A DNA stretch of 64,000 nt from Psilocybe cubensis. Lineage: Eukaryota. Below the pieces are notes generated by a model that saw only the letters and a program-made list of their open reading frames with translations, was not told where the DNA came from and ran no database searches. How positions within the stretch are numbered: position 1 is the stretch's first letter; the number at the start of each line of letters is the position of its first letter. Below, piece after piece: positions 62,697 through 64,000 of the stretch. Where the stretch lies: positions 1,550,001 through 1,614,000 of the forward strand of contig CM039007.1 of the NCBI GenBank assembly GCA_017499595.2, given 5' to 3'. Both the position numbers and the translations under genes were made by a program.

Positions 62697-64000
62697 AAAA
62701 CCTTGCCTGCTCGCTCGCGCGAAACGCAAATGAACCGGGCAACGGCTACTCAAAGAGTCAATAACCCAAAAACAAAGTGTGGATGTAGGACGGTTGTGCC
62801 CGCTCTGTTCAGATCGCGGGGAGTATCTGTATCTGTACATATATACATAACATTACAGTTTCGAATTTATGCTTCTTGATTCTCGATTCTCGATTCTTGA
62901 TCCGTCGCGAGTTCGCCTTCACCTTCTCGCTTCCCCCTCTCCCCTTCGACACCGTAAAACCCCTAAAAAGCAAAGAGCCTAGACCTGGGCCCTCGTCGAT
63001 ATCTTCCTATTCGGCCTGCTTACTGCCAAACCCAAACTACGTAAATCGTCTCGCCAGGCAGGTGTACATATGCTACTTATAAGGGTAGGGCCCAGGGGCA
63101 GGGCAGGGCAGGGCGCCACACTACACCATTTCAAGACGCTTCGTTTCTGGCTCTGGTTCTGGGCTGACTGGATATGTAATGATGATAATATGATGGATGA
63201 TGGATGATGGACTCATAAGATTTAAGAAGCACGGGGAGTGAGCCAGGCTGACTGTGCGCATTGCTATGAATGAAATCATGAAACCGGGATTGAAGTCGCC
63301 TGACAGTGCAAGTGTGAGTGCCATGCAGCCGATTCATTGATTCATTCCACTGTTATTACAATACCAGTCCACTGCTGTGCTATATTCGGATTTCGCATTT
63401 TTAAACCAACGGCCAAATTTAGGGAAACCAGAATGGGCCAGATTTTCGTCTTTTTCCTTTCAGCCTACCTAGTACCAATAACCTATAACAGTGCAATGGG
63501 TCACTGGACTGGAGTGGACTGTCTGGAAACTGGGACACTCCGTATGTCAGTAATTCATTCCATGCTCATCTTTTTTCACATTCTATTAAGTTGGCCATCG
63601 GCGCAAATTAAAAGTCCCTTGAGAGTGTGAAGCGTCGAGTAAAATAGCCCTTCCGCACTCCCCCTTTCAAATTTCTAGTATCGGAAGGAGGCCGTGAGTG
63701 TCATGAGACTATAAACAATTTTTTTTGCCCTTTCCAACAGTATGCCGACCAAGTTGAATGAAAAAGATCTCCTGACGCCGTAAATGAACAGCATGGAAAT
63801 TTGGGCGAGCTAGGAACAAGGAAGAAGTGAAAGTCGAAGTACCAGGTGAATGCTAGGAAGCCCCTTTCTCAAAGAAAGCATGCGGACATGGGTGACAAAC
63901 GGGAAAAAAAAAGAAAAAGATCTGCAGGCAACAACCGGCCTCTTTGTCAGGGCGGTGCATGTCTAACTTACGTGTAGAAAAAAGAAGAGCGTTGACAGGA

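Noticed and set aside
57955-63630. Many short ORFs in the right-hand region
   Set aside because: Microsatellite-derived composition, no domains or consistent exon chains

Overview
Intron-rich fungal genomic DNA, most likely an Agaricomycete (mushroom) judging from gene families and ~50-60 nt introns. Manual splicing supports 16 protein genes: a velvet-domain regulator (runs off the left edge), an unclassified secreted glycoside hydrolase-like protein, an MFS-like transporter, a DUF6534 membrane protein, three tandem PX-domain/GH18 chitinase fusions, an F-box-like protein, eEF1B-gamma, an NAD(P)-binding protein, a divergent GH5_9 exo-glucanase, an acylaminoacyl peptidase, a membrane protein, TFIIE-beta, a cytochrome P450, an Mpp6-like protein and a small Pro-rich protein. 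Non-coding features: an intron-containing tRNA-Arg(ACG), two non-autonomous TIR transposons with 9-bp target duplications, and a spliced non-coding host upstream of eEF1B-gamma with three intronic C/D snoRNAs (one snR69-like, two snR38-like). The best candidate for an undescribed system is the PX-GH18 array: chitinases with intact catalytic motifs, no signal peptide, and a phosphoinositide-binding domain at the N-terminus. All family calls come from motif recognition by eye; no searches were run. CDS coordinates span introns.
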